This document shows positions 1 to 11,169 of a stretch of DNA of 50,558 bases, one piece after another. Each line of letters starts with the position of its first letter. Within the stretch, counting starts at the first letter, position 1. The stretch is from Pelomyxa schiedti (Eukaryota; Protista; Evosea): positions 1-50,558 of the forward strand of contig JAHLWZ010000612.1 in assembly GCA_020536535.1 (NCBI GenBank), in the 5' to 3' direction. The position numbers were made by a program, and so were the translations under genes. Under the pieces are notes generated by a model. That model saw only the letters and a list, made by a program, of their open reading frames with translations. It ran no database searches and was not told the DNA's origin.

Positions 1-280
1 CTCCCAAACTACACCTTACACCCAGCCTAAGGGAACAAAAAAAAAAAGGAATAAAAAAAAGCTAGCACACCACCGATGTACACAGAATGGGGTCCACTCT
101 GGGCTCCCACCTCCCAAACTGGGGCCAGTTTGACTTCAGGGTGAGTGTGGTGCTGGCCCCAAGTCCTTCCTTCAAGGGAGTTCCGCGTGTAAGAACAACC
201 AAAAAATTGAAGGCCAATGTGTTGGTATTAAAGTTTCGCAGAGCCGATGCACAGAGCACAGCTTGTTGTTGAATAAACCA

Positions 281-1295
281 TCATTCGCTAATATTTTTGA
301 CATCAGGGAGGGTTGGGTCCATGATGAACTTGTAGGCACTTGGGCGGCAGCACATGTTCACAGTTGGATACAGTGGCAGTGATGTGTCAATGTCGTTGCA
401 TCTCACAAGTGGCTGCATGTTCCTGAACACATCAACATGTCCTCGCTTCTTGTCTGCTGCCTCAAATGTCAGCATGAACGAGAACTGGTCTGTGGTGGCT
501 GCTGGTGCCTTGTCAGTGATAACCAAGTCAGGCACTGTGCTGCCTTGCACTCTGGTTGCCACAGGACCAAAATTGAATGACAAGCCAAACGAATTGACAC
601 CACGCTTGCTGAGTGATGGGAATGTGATTGGGTAGTAGTCTCCACCTCCACTAGTCGCGGAATCGAGAACCATTCCCATGAGTGTGGTGCTGGCTCCAAG
701 TCCTTCCTACAAGATGCCCCACATGTGAGAACAAACAATCATGATTTGATGAAGAGTGGGGGGGCACAACAAACCTGACATGCACCTGGTGTTAGCATGA
801 CAACTTCAAATGCCCAGTAAACCCTGTCACTTGGGCCTGCTATTTCTTGCAGTGATGGTTCCAGCCATGCTATTCTCCCTCCAACACTGCTGCCACAGCT
901 ACCATCAGCAGGGATCCACTGTGGAGTGTCATCAACAACTTTGATTCCCTTCCCAATTGTCTTCCACGTTCCACTACGATACACACAAATGTCCCCTGCG
1001 AACAAAAAGAGTCAACAACTTTGCTTGTGCTTAACGTGGAAGACAATTGGGAGGGAATCAAACACACACCCAGCAGGAACTCGACGATGATTCTTGCCAC
1101 AGACAAGGGCGACGATGACGTCATCATGACGCTGCGCGCGCCGGCTCTCTCGTGCCACCCCGCCAAAAACGCAACTGCTTGTTGTTTCGTTGTATACTTA
1201 TTGTGTAGGTAATGTTCATTTACGACCGTGGTTGTTGTGGGAGTTGCTGCCGTGGGGGTGTTGCTTCTAATCTTTTTCTTCAACAGCCTAAGCAT
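281..1295 (-). CDS. Family A hypothetical protein, copy 1 (3 exons; N-terminal QAVAFLAGWHERAG motif, SPRY/B30.2-like C-terminus)
   Basis: GT-AG introns at about 1069-997 and 774-707 join FLLG|DIC and ACQ|EGLG in frame. Four paralogues occur in the window. The C-terminal GHVDVFRNM...LPLYPTVNM resembles the end of a SPRY domain. Confidence 0.75.
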
Positions 1296-1341
1296 TTGTT
1301 TCTGTTTTGATTGAAAAAGGAAACCAACGGATCAACCGTTG

Positions 1342-1644
1342 ATGTCGATCAACGAACCGTTGCCGATACGCTCCACGAGCATCGCTCTCGACGCCGCAAG
1401 CCAATTTATCGCCCTGGCGTGTTGTTCATTGCGATCCCACAATTCCGGTGGTTTCAACCGCGGCGTGGCACCTTCGTCGTTGCGTGAGATCGGCCAGCAG
1501 TGGGTGTGCTGCACGGAAAGGCTGGCGTACATCAACCTCACTCGATGTTGCTCAGTGTCCTGCCCCGACATGTTCGGTGCCGCGGACGACGATTCCGGGG
1601 CGTCGTGGGAGACCGAGGTGCGGAGCAATTGTGGGATCGTTTTT
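1342..1644 (+). CDS. Family B hypothetical protein, 5' part, truncated by gap
   Basis: Near-identical to the start of the 9949-11169 ORF (MSINEPLPIRSTSIAL...); runs into the N gap. Confidence 0.75.
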
Positions 1645-1744
1645 NNNNNNNNNNNNNNNNNNNNNNNNNNNNNNNNNNNNNNNNNNNNNNNNNNNNNNNN
1701 NNNNNNNNNNNNNNNNNNNNNNNNNNNNNNNNNNNNNNNNNNNN
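1645..1744. other. Scaffold gap (100 N)
   Basis: Run of N; the sequences on either side belong to different genes. Confidence 0.99.
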
Positions 1745-1867
1745 CCGCGAGATTGCTACAGGGTGGGCAAGATGAGCACGATCATGCACCTGTTCGATTA
1801 CATGCCATTCTGGCTCATCAAACCAATGCTGTCCCGCAACTACGGGATCATCCCGCACAAACACTAA
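1745..1867 (+). CDS. 3' end of a gene, possibly a short-chain dehydrogenase C-terminus
   Basis: PRDCYRVGKMSTIMHLFDYMPFWLIKPMLSRNYG resembles the P..RY.VG...LP..+.D tail of SDRs; only about 40 aa are visible. Confidence 0.35.
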   Translation, partial: PRDCYRVGKMSTIMHLFDYMPFWLIKPMLSRNYGIIPHKH

Positions 1868-1969
1868 TCCTCTTTTGAATGTCCGAAAAAAATTCTCTTT
1901 CTGGCCTTATCGATAAGGGTCCCAACAAAGAACCAAGCCTGAGCCATTCGACCGTCGCATTTCAAAGCA

Positions 1970-2984
1970 TCACAATCCTTCAGGGAGGGAAGGGTCCATG
2001 ACGAACCTGTAAGCACAATCACGGCAGCACATGTTCACAGTTGGATACAGTGGGAGTGATGTGTCTACGTCGTCATAGCTCACAAGTGGCTCCATGTTCC
2101 TGAACACATCAACATGCCCTCGCTTCTTGTCTGCCTTCTCAAATGTCAACAGGAATGAGAACTGATCCTTTGTGGTCACTGGTGACGGGTCAGATACCTC
2201 CCGGTCATACATTGCACTGCCCTGAACTCTGTTTTGGACTGGGCCATAATTGAGGGACAGACCAAATGAATTGACACCACGCGTGCTGAGTGACGAGTAT
2301 GTGATTGGGTAGTAGTCTCCACCTAAGCTGGAATTAGAATCAAGAACCATTCCCATGAGTGTGGTGCTGGCTCCCACTCCTTCCTGTTGTTGGCACAGTG
2401 AGAACACAAAAGGTGAAATGAAACGTGGTGTAACCTGGCATGCACCCCCCATGTACTTTACGACATCAAATGCCCAGTAAACCCTGTCACATGAACCTGA
2501 GCGTTCCTGCAGGGATGGTTCCAGCCACGCTATTCTCCCTCCCACTGAGTTCCCACAGGTACCACCATCGGCAGGGATCCACTGTGGAGTGTCATCAATT
2601 ACTTTGATTCCCCTCCCAATTGTATTCCACGTTCCTCTCCAATACACACAGATGTCCCCTGGAAACAAACAAAGTGTTTGAAAAAAAAACACGTGGGAAA
2701 TAATACCGCAATCGCCAACAACACACACCCAACAGGAACTCGACGATGATTCTTGCCACAGACAAGGGCGACGATGACGTCATCATGACGCTGCGCGCGC
2801 CGGCCCTCTCGTGCCACCCCGCCAAAAACGCAACTGCCTGTTGTTGTCTCGTTGTGCGCCCGCGATTTCTATTAATATTCACAGGGGGTGTTGCGGTGGG
2901 GGTAACTGTCAAGGTTGACGTGGCTTCATTCGGGTCGGCGTTGTGTTCTTCTTGCTGGTGGTTTTTCCACAAGAACGACAACAT
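1970..2984 (-). CDS. Family A hypothetical protein, copy 2 (most divergent)
   Basis: Same motifs and the same two intron positions as copy 1; starts MLSFLWKNH and ends DPSLPEGL*. Confidence 0.75.
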
Positions 2985-3100
2985 TCCGCGTTGGGATCGT
3001 TTCTGGTAATTAGTAAAATAACTCCGAAACAAAGCAACAGGCTTTCCTTACTGTTTTACGATCGTTCTGCACTACTGTTCCCCTTACTTGTATTCCTCCA

Positions 3101-3165
3101 CAGGAAGGACTTGGAGCCACTCGGGAATTAATCTTGATGCGGGTACCTACTATCCAATCACGTAG
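3101..3165 (+). pseudogene. Inverted degenerate fragment of family A exon 3
   Basis: cag|gaaggacttggagcca...tactatccaatcac matches the exon 3 acceptor, EGLGA and YYPIT, in opposite orientation to the genes. Confidence 0.55.
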
Positions 3166-3479
3166 TTTCGAGTGTTTAAACTAACTATCGATGCGTAGCG
3201 AGATAAGGAGGGAACAAAGTATTTATTTATTTTAATTGATCTGGTGGAGTTTGTGGTGAGAGTGGTGTTGCTTATTCGCCCTGAATTCCGACTTCTGAGG
3301 GTATCACTTTCACACAACAAGTTTCAGCTTCTGTGACAGTACCTTATGATCGAAATCAACAACAACCCCCATGAACCAGGAGCATCACGACCGCTAAGTG
3401 CCTAAAAACAAAGATCTACTATCACTGAAGAAAAGACTAAGCACTCCCGTTCATGGCTCTTCTACTAGACAAAGTTCAT

Positions 3480-4593
3480 TTATTCACTAATATTTTTGAC
3501 ATCAGGGAGGGTTGGGTCCATGATGAACCTGTAGGCATTCGGGCGGCAGCACATGTTCACAGTTGGATACAATGGAAGTGATGTGTCAACGTTGTCGTAT
3601 CTCACAAGTGGCTCCATGTTCCTGAACACATCAACATGCCCTCGCTTCTTGTCTGCTGCCTCAAATGTCAGCATGAACGAGAACTGGTCTGTGGTGGCTG
3701 CTGGTGCCTGGTCAGTGATAACCAAGTCAGGAACTGTGCTGCCTTGCACTCTGGTTGCCACAGGACCAAAATTGAATGACAAGCCAAACGAATTGACACC
3801 ACGCTTGCTGAGCGATGGGAATGTGATTGGGTAGTAGTCTCCACCTCCACTTGATGCTGAATCAAGAACCATTCCCATGAGTGTGCTGCTGGCTCCAAGT
3901 CCCTCCTTCAAGGAAGCCCCACATGTGAGAACAAAGAATCACTTGATGACGATTTGATGAAGAGTGGGGGGGGGGGCACAACAAACCTGACACGCACCTG
4001 GCGTTAACTTGACAACTTCAAATGCCCAGTAAACTCTGTCGCTTGGGCCTGCTATTTCTTGCAGTGATGGTTCCAGCCACGCCAACCTTCCTCCAACACT
4101 GCTGCCACATCTACCATCAGCAGGGATCCACACCGGAGTGTCATCAACAACTTTGATTCCCTTCCCAATTGTCTTCCACGTTCCTCTCCGATAAACACAA
4201 ATGTCCCCTGTGAACAAAAAGGGTGTTGAAAGAAAAACCACAGGCGATGAGAGACACAACAATCAAACACACACCCAGCAGGAACTCGACGATGATTCTT
4301 GCCACAGACAAGGGTGAAGATGACGTCATCATGACGCTGTGCGCGCCGGCCCTCTCGTGCCACCCCGCCAAAAACGCAACTGCTTGCTCTTTCGTTGTGT
4401 GTTTGTTGTGGTTGTATTTGTAGTCGTTTTTGCTGCAGTTGCTTTTGTTGTTGTTGATGGGGGTGGCTGTGGTTGTGGCTGTTGCTGCTGTTGTAGTTGT
4501 TGTGGTGGTGGGTGAGGGGGCACCAGTTACACTGATGACAGGTGCTGATGGTTTATTGTCGGTTTTGCGCTTTGTCTTAAAGAAAGACCACAT
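3480..4593 (-). CDS. Family A hypothetical protein, copy 3
   Basis: Starts MWSFFKTKRK with a T/N-rich N-terminus; same 3-exon structure; ends DPTLPDVKNISE*. Confidence 0.75.
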
Positions 4594-6889
4594 CACCGCT
4601 GGTAAAAAAACCAACTGAACAACTTTCCTTTGTGATTATCATTTCACGGAACAACCCTCCTTCTTGAGATCAGAGATCAGTCTTCTGGAAAAACAAAAAC
4701 GACAAGTGGTGCTACGGCTACGCCGTTCGCTGCGCGTCGTGCGTCGGCTCGGTTCATGTCCGGTGTTTGTGGAGTTGTTGTCATTGAGATAACGAAGTAG
4801 TTGGTGAGTCTGTACTAGTATATCGGACCAGTGATTCACTGTGCAGAAAATGCTATGGCGGCCAGAATAGAGTTGCTACTGATTCAGGTTTGTGAAAGCT
4901 GCCTGATGCACAGAAATTTCTCCAGGTATGTGATGCAATTCTAGCTACCAGGCAAACTCAGATACAGATGTGTCATAAGGATTGATGCTGATGTCTCCTG
5001 CGCCTCAGAAAGTACTTTGTATGCTTGCCTAGAACCTTTGGTAAGTCCAGAATAGTTGCTATTCTGCGTCTGACTTCTGACAGAACAAGGGACTCTTGTG
5101 GAACTGAAATTGGGTATTTTCAGGCTTGAAGTGACTTGCCAATTCGTTCTGCAGTTGTTGGGATGCTGTTTGCTCATTGCAGTGATTAGTCTGGATGTTC
5201 TCCTTGGAATCTGCACTGCCAGCTTCCAGCTTGGATGAATTGTTCCCAAGTATGATTCCATTTTCCATAGGATGATTCCTTACTCATGGCGAAGGTAGCA
5301 AAAACTGCTGTTGTTGCCAACTGCTCCTAGCTTGTGCAGCTTGGATGCTTTAGCATGCTTTGAGCTGTGATGATGTACTTCTTGCGTTTTGCTGGATCAA
5401 GTTTGCTTGTATCCTTTGTATCAACATCTGGAGCAAGTGCTAGATTGCTCACAGTGCTCTCATTGCTGAGCTTCAGGATGTTTGGCAATATAGGTATGTT
5501 CAGTTCCATGAAGGCACGCCTCACTACTGTGTTCCTGAGGGCACCCTTCCCTAAGGTTGACACAGTGTGACATAGTAATTCCATTACTAACGATATCTCA
5601 GATGGTGTCACATGATCCAGAGGGTTCTGCAATCCCTGTGCAGAAATGTGAAACATAGGTTCAAGTAATCTTTACTTGTAAATTCGAATTGACTAACAAA
5701 TCATTCAGGGTTGATAAACTGATTTTATGACAATTCTGAGAGTGGAAATTGATACGTAGCTAATCCATATGCACAGAGTGCAATCAAAACATTGGGTATG
5801 TATTCCTCATTCAAAATAACCATGACTATTTCAAAAATTTCTATATAATAGAGTGAAATTCAATAATCCCAATGCATTAACTGCTTAATAAAGCGCAAAT
5901 ACAAGCCAATAAACCAATAAATACAACCGTAATGAATAAATGGAGTGGTAATAATTCTACATAGCTTTGGATGATTTCTGAGCTTCAATTCTGCATATCT
6001 AGCATTCCCGCGTTTGTATGAACGTTTGCCGGATGTCGTATGCATGATTCCCATCATTTCCGTACTAATCCTGTTGCAGGATGCATGTTGCCAGTGCTGG
6101 AAATGTCCGCTTCAGAGCCAGTAATATCCTCGAAAATGCCGGTTGAGAGCACAATTCTGAAGTATCACTCTCATAGTGCAATCACGATTCCACCATGCCG
6201 GATTCTCTCATCACTATGCCTGTATCTCCGCATGCCGTGATGAGGCAAGAGATTCCAGATTAATAGAACTGATGCTTTCTTCGTCGAAGTTCTTTTTGTG
6301 ATTGCTTCATTGATGACGATGACGCGGTACAGAAGTGACAACGATGCCAATGTCGAGCGTGTGCAAATGGTGTACGCGTTGTAGTGCTCGCGTTGCGGCG
6401 ATGGTGATGTCCAAGAAGTCGTTCTAGTTGTACATGTCAGCAATGAGGTATGGTTGTTGTTAGAACGCAATGATCAACAATCCACATGGTTGAGATGTAG
6501 TGCTCAAACGTGGTCTCGTCGTACAATGTTGAGGGTGACGCGATCTCAGAGATCATGTCAAGAATCAACACTGCAAAACCACCACCAAAATGTGTGCTTG
6601 CAAAAGGTGCTGGGTTTTTTTACTATTGGCTGGGAGGGTGTGTTTGTTTGGTTGCTTGCTTGCTTGCTTGCTTTGCTTGATGTTGTTGGGGAACACTGTG
6701 GTGTTGACCTGATGCATTGATCAAAAATGCAAAACAAACCAAGTGAACCTCACTGAGGTGGCACAGCAATGTTGCCTTGTCACTCCTCACACCTGACCAT
6801 CCTTTGTGCACACAGCACAATGTAACCATATCCCTCTCAGCAGTAACTTCTATGTTGTAAGTCCAGTCCATCTGTGTTCTGTTCACAAG

Positions 6890-7289
6890 AGGCTTTTTTA
6901 AAAAACGGCAAAACCTCCATCACGTGGCTCGAGTATGCCCTAATTCTGACAAAGTTGCGAGTGTGCTTCGGAAGCACCTCATTCAACAGAACATACCAGT
7001 TCATCCCTCCACCCACATCATCTTTGTTGACAACCAGCCTTCGAGATTTGTCACCGACTCAAATTCAGAAGTGTTTTTCGTCAAGTCCTTCCGCCTGAAA
7101 AATCCCTCTGAGAACGATGTGACGTACATGTCTAAGATTGCCGCGAAGCTGCAGGAGAAAGTGAAGCAGCTACGGTACATACCATGTACAGATCCTCAAC
7201 TTAACCCCCCAGCACCAATTCCACAGTTGCTTTCGCCAGAAAATGGGCAGCAAGCAGACTATAGTATATTGTACTATAGTATGCATTGA
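6890..7289 (+). CDS. Possible exon or fragment of an FCP1/NIF-like HAD phosphatase
   Basis: HIIFVDNQPSRF...VFFVKSF...END resembles the C-terminal VDN motif region of NIF-family phosphatases. No DxDxT-bearing exon was found. Confidence 0.3.
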
Positions 7290-7467
7290 TCTAGGTTTGC
7301 TTTTTTTTTTTTCCACGCAGCAGAGGGAGGAGCGTGGAAGGGAGTGCTGTGTGATTTGGACCAGCAACGAGAGGGAATACAAGGAATGTGAAATCAAAGA
7401 ACTACTTCCTGGAATCAAAATTGACTACTGTGTCGCAGTACTTGATGAGTCACTCTGTTCCCAGCCT

Positions 7468-7701
7468 ACGTGCTCCCCATCCAGAGACGCGCGCGCAGCC
7501 CCCCCACAATCACGCCAGCGACGGTGGTGGTTGTGTTCGGCGTCGGTGGCGTGCTCGTCAAAGACGACGTGATGGGCCCGCCGATCGTGAACAACGCGTG
7601 CCCCACCATGTACACGAGCACGCCACCGACGCCGAACACAACCACCACGGTCGCTGGCGTGATTGCGGGAGGGGGCGGGGCTGCTCTGGATAGGGAGGAC
7701 G
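7468..7701. repeat. Imperfect inverted repeat (hairpin 1)
   Basis: 7507-7558 is the reverse complement of 7614-7665 with one mismatch. An outer stem (gtgctccccatccagag / ctctggatagggaggac) extends it. Confidence 0.9.
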
Positions 7702-8281
7702 CGGTGCGGCGGGGCGGCGCCCGCGAGGAGGGGGGCTGGCGCGAGGGGGCGTTGGTGGCGGGGAGCGAGGCCGCGGCTGCGGGGGCGCGGGCGGGGACTC
7801 GTCGTCAAGATCAATTGCTTCGGGGTTGAGCGGGGCAAGGCTGGGGGCGGGAGATTGCTGTTTGCGCGGGGGCGCGACGTGGCGCACCGGCGTTGAGGGG
7901 TCTGGGCCTTTTATAATATTTTTTAAACAAATGATGGTGAAGAGGCTTTTTTTTTTAAAAAAAATTATAACCTTGACTTCTAGACAATCATGATGTGATG
8001 TGATCAAATCCCAGGGATGTGTGATTGGGATCTGGTTGGGTGGTAACGTGGAGGGCGGGGATTTGTGCATTTGTGCTTTAATACAAGAACGGCGTGACAC
8101 AGGTACCCGGCGGACGCCAAACACAAGTGTTTTCTTTATCTTTTTTGCAGTTTTACATGTCAAGTGCCGGCTCAGACCGCAATGGGTGCAAGGCACGTCA
8201 TCACAAACCACAATTACCTCGTTCTTAATCTCCTTTAGGAGGACCTTGACTCCATGGCTGCAACGAGCCGGACACCGGGGC

Positions 8282-8556
8282 TCGCAGGACGCAACGGGAG
8301 GGAGAAGGAGAAGACGACTACGCACGCAAGAGGTCGGACAGAACACCCGACAGCCGCGACGAGGCGGCGACGAGAGCGAGGCCCCCGCGGACACCGTTCC
8401 TGCGTGCCTCGATGCCCTCGAAGTTATACAATACGCAGGAACGGTGTCCGCGGGGGCCTCGCTCTCGTCGCCGCCTCGTCGCGGCTGTTGGGTGTTCTGT
8501 CCGACCTCTTGCGTGCATAGTCGTCTTCTCCTTCTCCCTCCCGTTGCGTCCTGTGA
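8282..8556. repeat. Long near-perfect inverted repeat (hairpin 2): 124-bp arms, 27-nt loop
   Basis: 8282-8405 is the reverse complement of 8433-8556; I count three mismatches. Confidence 0.95.
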
Positions 8557-8877
8557 AAGTGTGCACACAACACACTGGACCTAAGGGGGTTCTGGTTATT
8601 CTCCTAACTTTACTTCATTCCTGAGCCTGGGTCATGGTGACGTAACATCTACTGTGGCTTGGTAGACATCCTCCCCAGGTCCCTCTCCCAGCTCGAATAA
8701 CAATTAAAAGATCTCTGTTTCAACGAGATCACAATGGTCATTAAATTGGTTGAGAAAACGAGTGTTGAACCGAGTCAGGCACTGCGTTGCCTTGCACTCT
8801 GGTTGCCAACGTGTTGGTATTAAAGTTTCGCAGAGCGGATGCACGGCAACAATAGGGCTGGACTTATGAATAAACCA

Positions 8878-9914
8878 TCATTCGCTAATATTTTTGACAT
8901 CAGGGAGGGTTGGGTCCATGATGAACTTGTAGGCACTTGGGCGGCAGCACATGTTCACAGTTGGATACAGTGGGAGTGATGTGTCAATGTCGTTGTATCT
9001 CACAAGTGGCTGCATGTTCCTGAACACATCAACATGCCCTCGCTTCTTGTCTGCTGCCTCAAATGTCAGCATGAACGAGAACTGGTCTGTGGTGGCTGCT
9101 GGTGCCTGGTCAGTGATAACCAAGTCAGGAACTGTGCTGCCTTGCACTCTGGTTGCCACAGGACCAAAATTGAATGACAGGCCAAACGAATTGACACCAC
9201 GCTTGCTGAGCGATGGGAATGTGATTGGGTAGTAGTCTCCACCTCCACTGGTCGCGGAATTGAGAACCATTCCCATGAGTGTGGTGCTGGCTCCAAGTCC
9301 TTCCTACAAGATGCCCCACATGTGAGAACAAACAATCATGATTTGATGAAGAGTGGGGGGGGCACAACAAACCTGACATGCACCAGGTGTTAGCATGACA
9401 ACTTCAAATGCCCAGTAAACCCTGTCACTTGGGCCTGCTATTTCTTGCAGTGATGGTTCCAGCCATGCTATTCTCCCTCCCACACTGCTGCCACAGCTAC
9501 CATCAGCAGGGATCCACTGTGGAGTGTCATCAACAACTTTGATTCCCTTCCCAATTGTCTTCCACGTTCCTCTCCGATAAACACAAATGTCCCCTGTGAA
9601 CAAAAAAGTCAACAACTTTGATTCCCTCCGATAAACACAAGCAAAAAAAGCATGACGGGAACACCAAGCAAACACACACCCAACAGGAACTCGACGATGA
9701 TTCTTGCCACAGACAAGGGCGACGATGACGTCATCATGACGCTGCGCGCGCCGGCCCGCTCGTGCCACCCCGCCAAAAACGCAACTGCCTGTTGTTGTTT
9801 CGTTGTATACTTATTGTGTAGGTCATGTTCATTTACGTTGTGGACTGTGGTTGTTGTGGGAGTTGCTGCCGTGGGGGTGTTGCCTCTAATCTTTTTCTTC
9901 AACAGCCTAAGCAT
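8878..9914 (-). CDS. Family A hypothetical protein, copy 4 (near-identical to copy 1)
   Basis: Starts MLRLLKKKIRGN, has the same exons, and ends DPTLPDVKNISE*. Confidence 0.75.
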
Positions 9915-9948
9915 TTGTTTTGGTTTTTGATTGAAAAACCAACCGTTG

Positions 9949-11169
9949 ATGTCGATCAACGAACCGTTGCCGATACGCTCCACGAGCATAGCTCTCTACG
10001 CCGCAAGCCAATTTATCGCCCTGGCGTGTTGTTCATTGCGATCCCACAATTCCGGTTCCAACCGCGGCGTGGCGCCTTCGTCGTTGCGTGAGATCGGCCA
10101 GCAGTGGGTGTGCTGCACGGAAAGGCTGGCGTACCTCAACCTCACTCGATGTTGCTCAGTGTCCTGCCCCGACATGTTCGGTGCCGCGGACGACGATTCC
10201 GGGGCGTCGTGGGAGACCGAGGTGCGGAGCAATTGTGGGATCGTTTTTGGCGTGTCGCCCACCCTCGGCGTCACAGTTGCTCCGGTTTGCGTCGGCACCA
10301 AAGTTTTCGGCGTGACGTCATCGAGGGTGGCAGTTGTGGACACTGGGAGGCCTGGAAGTGACATGCCTGATGGAAAGAGGGTGTGTGCAATTGATGTTGT
10401 CACTGGCCAGGAGGTGGCTTGTCTTGCTGAAGACCACGTCCAGAGGAAATATGTGTGCAATAGCCAGTGGGTGGTGGCTTGGAGCCCCATTGGGTCCATT
10501 GATATCTGGAAGGTTGTGCGCTCTGTGCCTTGTGATCGGCACACTGTTCCGTTTGAGGTTGGCTCTGATGTGAGGTTCTTTGGATTGACCAGTGGAAATT
10601 CTGCAATCGGAAGTGGTAACGAGCTGTCAATTCTGACGAGCCACGTTTTCTTACAAATCGACATTGAGGAGGCATTTAATGTAAACAGTACTGAGCGAGA
10701 GTGGCCGAGGGCGCGGTACGAGTTGACTCTTGGATTCTCTATTGATCCAGGACCTCCAGAAGTTTCAGTGACCAAGAGCAAGGAAGGAACAGGGAACCCT
10801 GAACTGTACTTGATTCAGTGCGGTGGCGGTACTATGTGCCACGCGAACACAGGGCATAGCAAATGTGTGGGGTGGGGGCACAGGGTGCATTTCGTTGATG
10901 ACAACCACCTGTCCTTGTCCCAATGGACCCCCGAATCCACCTCTGTCAACATCAAGGTGATTGATAGCCCTTGTGATTATGATAATGGTCCATGCTGTGC
11001 ACAATTCGCCTCACCAGGGACGATGCATGAGGTTTACAGTTCACAGGGATTCGTGTTTGTTTGCTTCGAAGAACGGCCACAGATCATGGTATACGATGCA
11101 CTTGCTGGGACACACCTCCTTACCCTCACAATAGAGGGACAAATCACCTCCCTCGACCTCTGGCGATGA
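9949..11169 (+). CDS. Family B intronless hypothetical protein (~406 aa, beta-rich)
   Basis: Long uninterrupted ORF. Shares the N-terminal SQF.A motif, the central NSQWVV/NSKWLV motif and the C-terminal V.DAL.G motif with 31477-32679. Confidence 0.8.
   Translation: MSINEPLPIRSTSIALYAASQFIALACCSLRSHNSGSNRGVAPSSLREIGQQWVCCTERLAYLNLTRCCSVSCPDMFGAADDDSGASWETEVRSNCGIVFGVSPTLGVTVAPVCVGTKVFGVTSSRVAVVDTGRPGSDMPDGKRVCAIDVVTGQEVACLAEDHVQRKYVCNSQWVVAWSPIGSIDIWKVVRSVPCDRHTVPFEVGSDVRFFGLTSGNSAIGSGNELSILTSHVFLQIDIEEAFNVNSTEREWPRARYELTLGFSIDPGPPEVSVTKSKEGTGNPELYLIQCGGGTMCHANTGHSKCVGWGHRVHFVDDNHLSLSQWTPESTSVNIKVIDSPCDYDNGPCCAQFASPGTMHEVYSSQGFVFVCFEERPQIMVYDALAGTHLLTLTIEGQITSLDLWR

Larger units (their letters stand above)
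220..1644. repeat. Segmental duplication of ~8810-10245 (family A plus family B pair)
   Basis: Colinear near-identity from the 3' flank of the family A gene into the family B gene, up to the gap. Confidence 0.85.

Noticed and set aside
7425-8624. Long overlapping ORFs on both strands (e.g. 7558-8568, 8000-8584) with repeated peptides
   Set aside because: Explained by high GC content and the inverted repeats; no recognisable domain.
9996-10781. 261-aa antisense ORF
   Set aside because: Antisense shadow of the family B gene.
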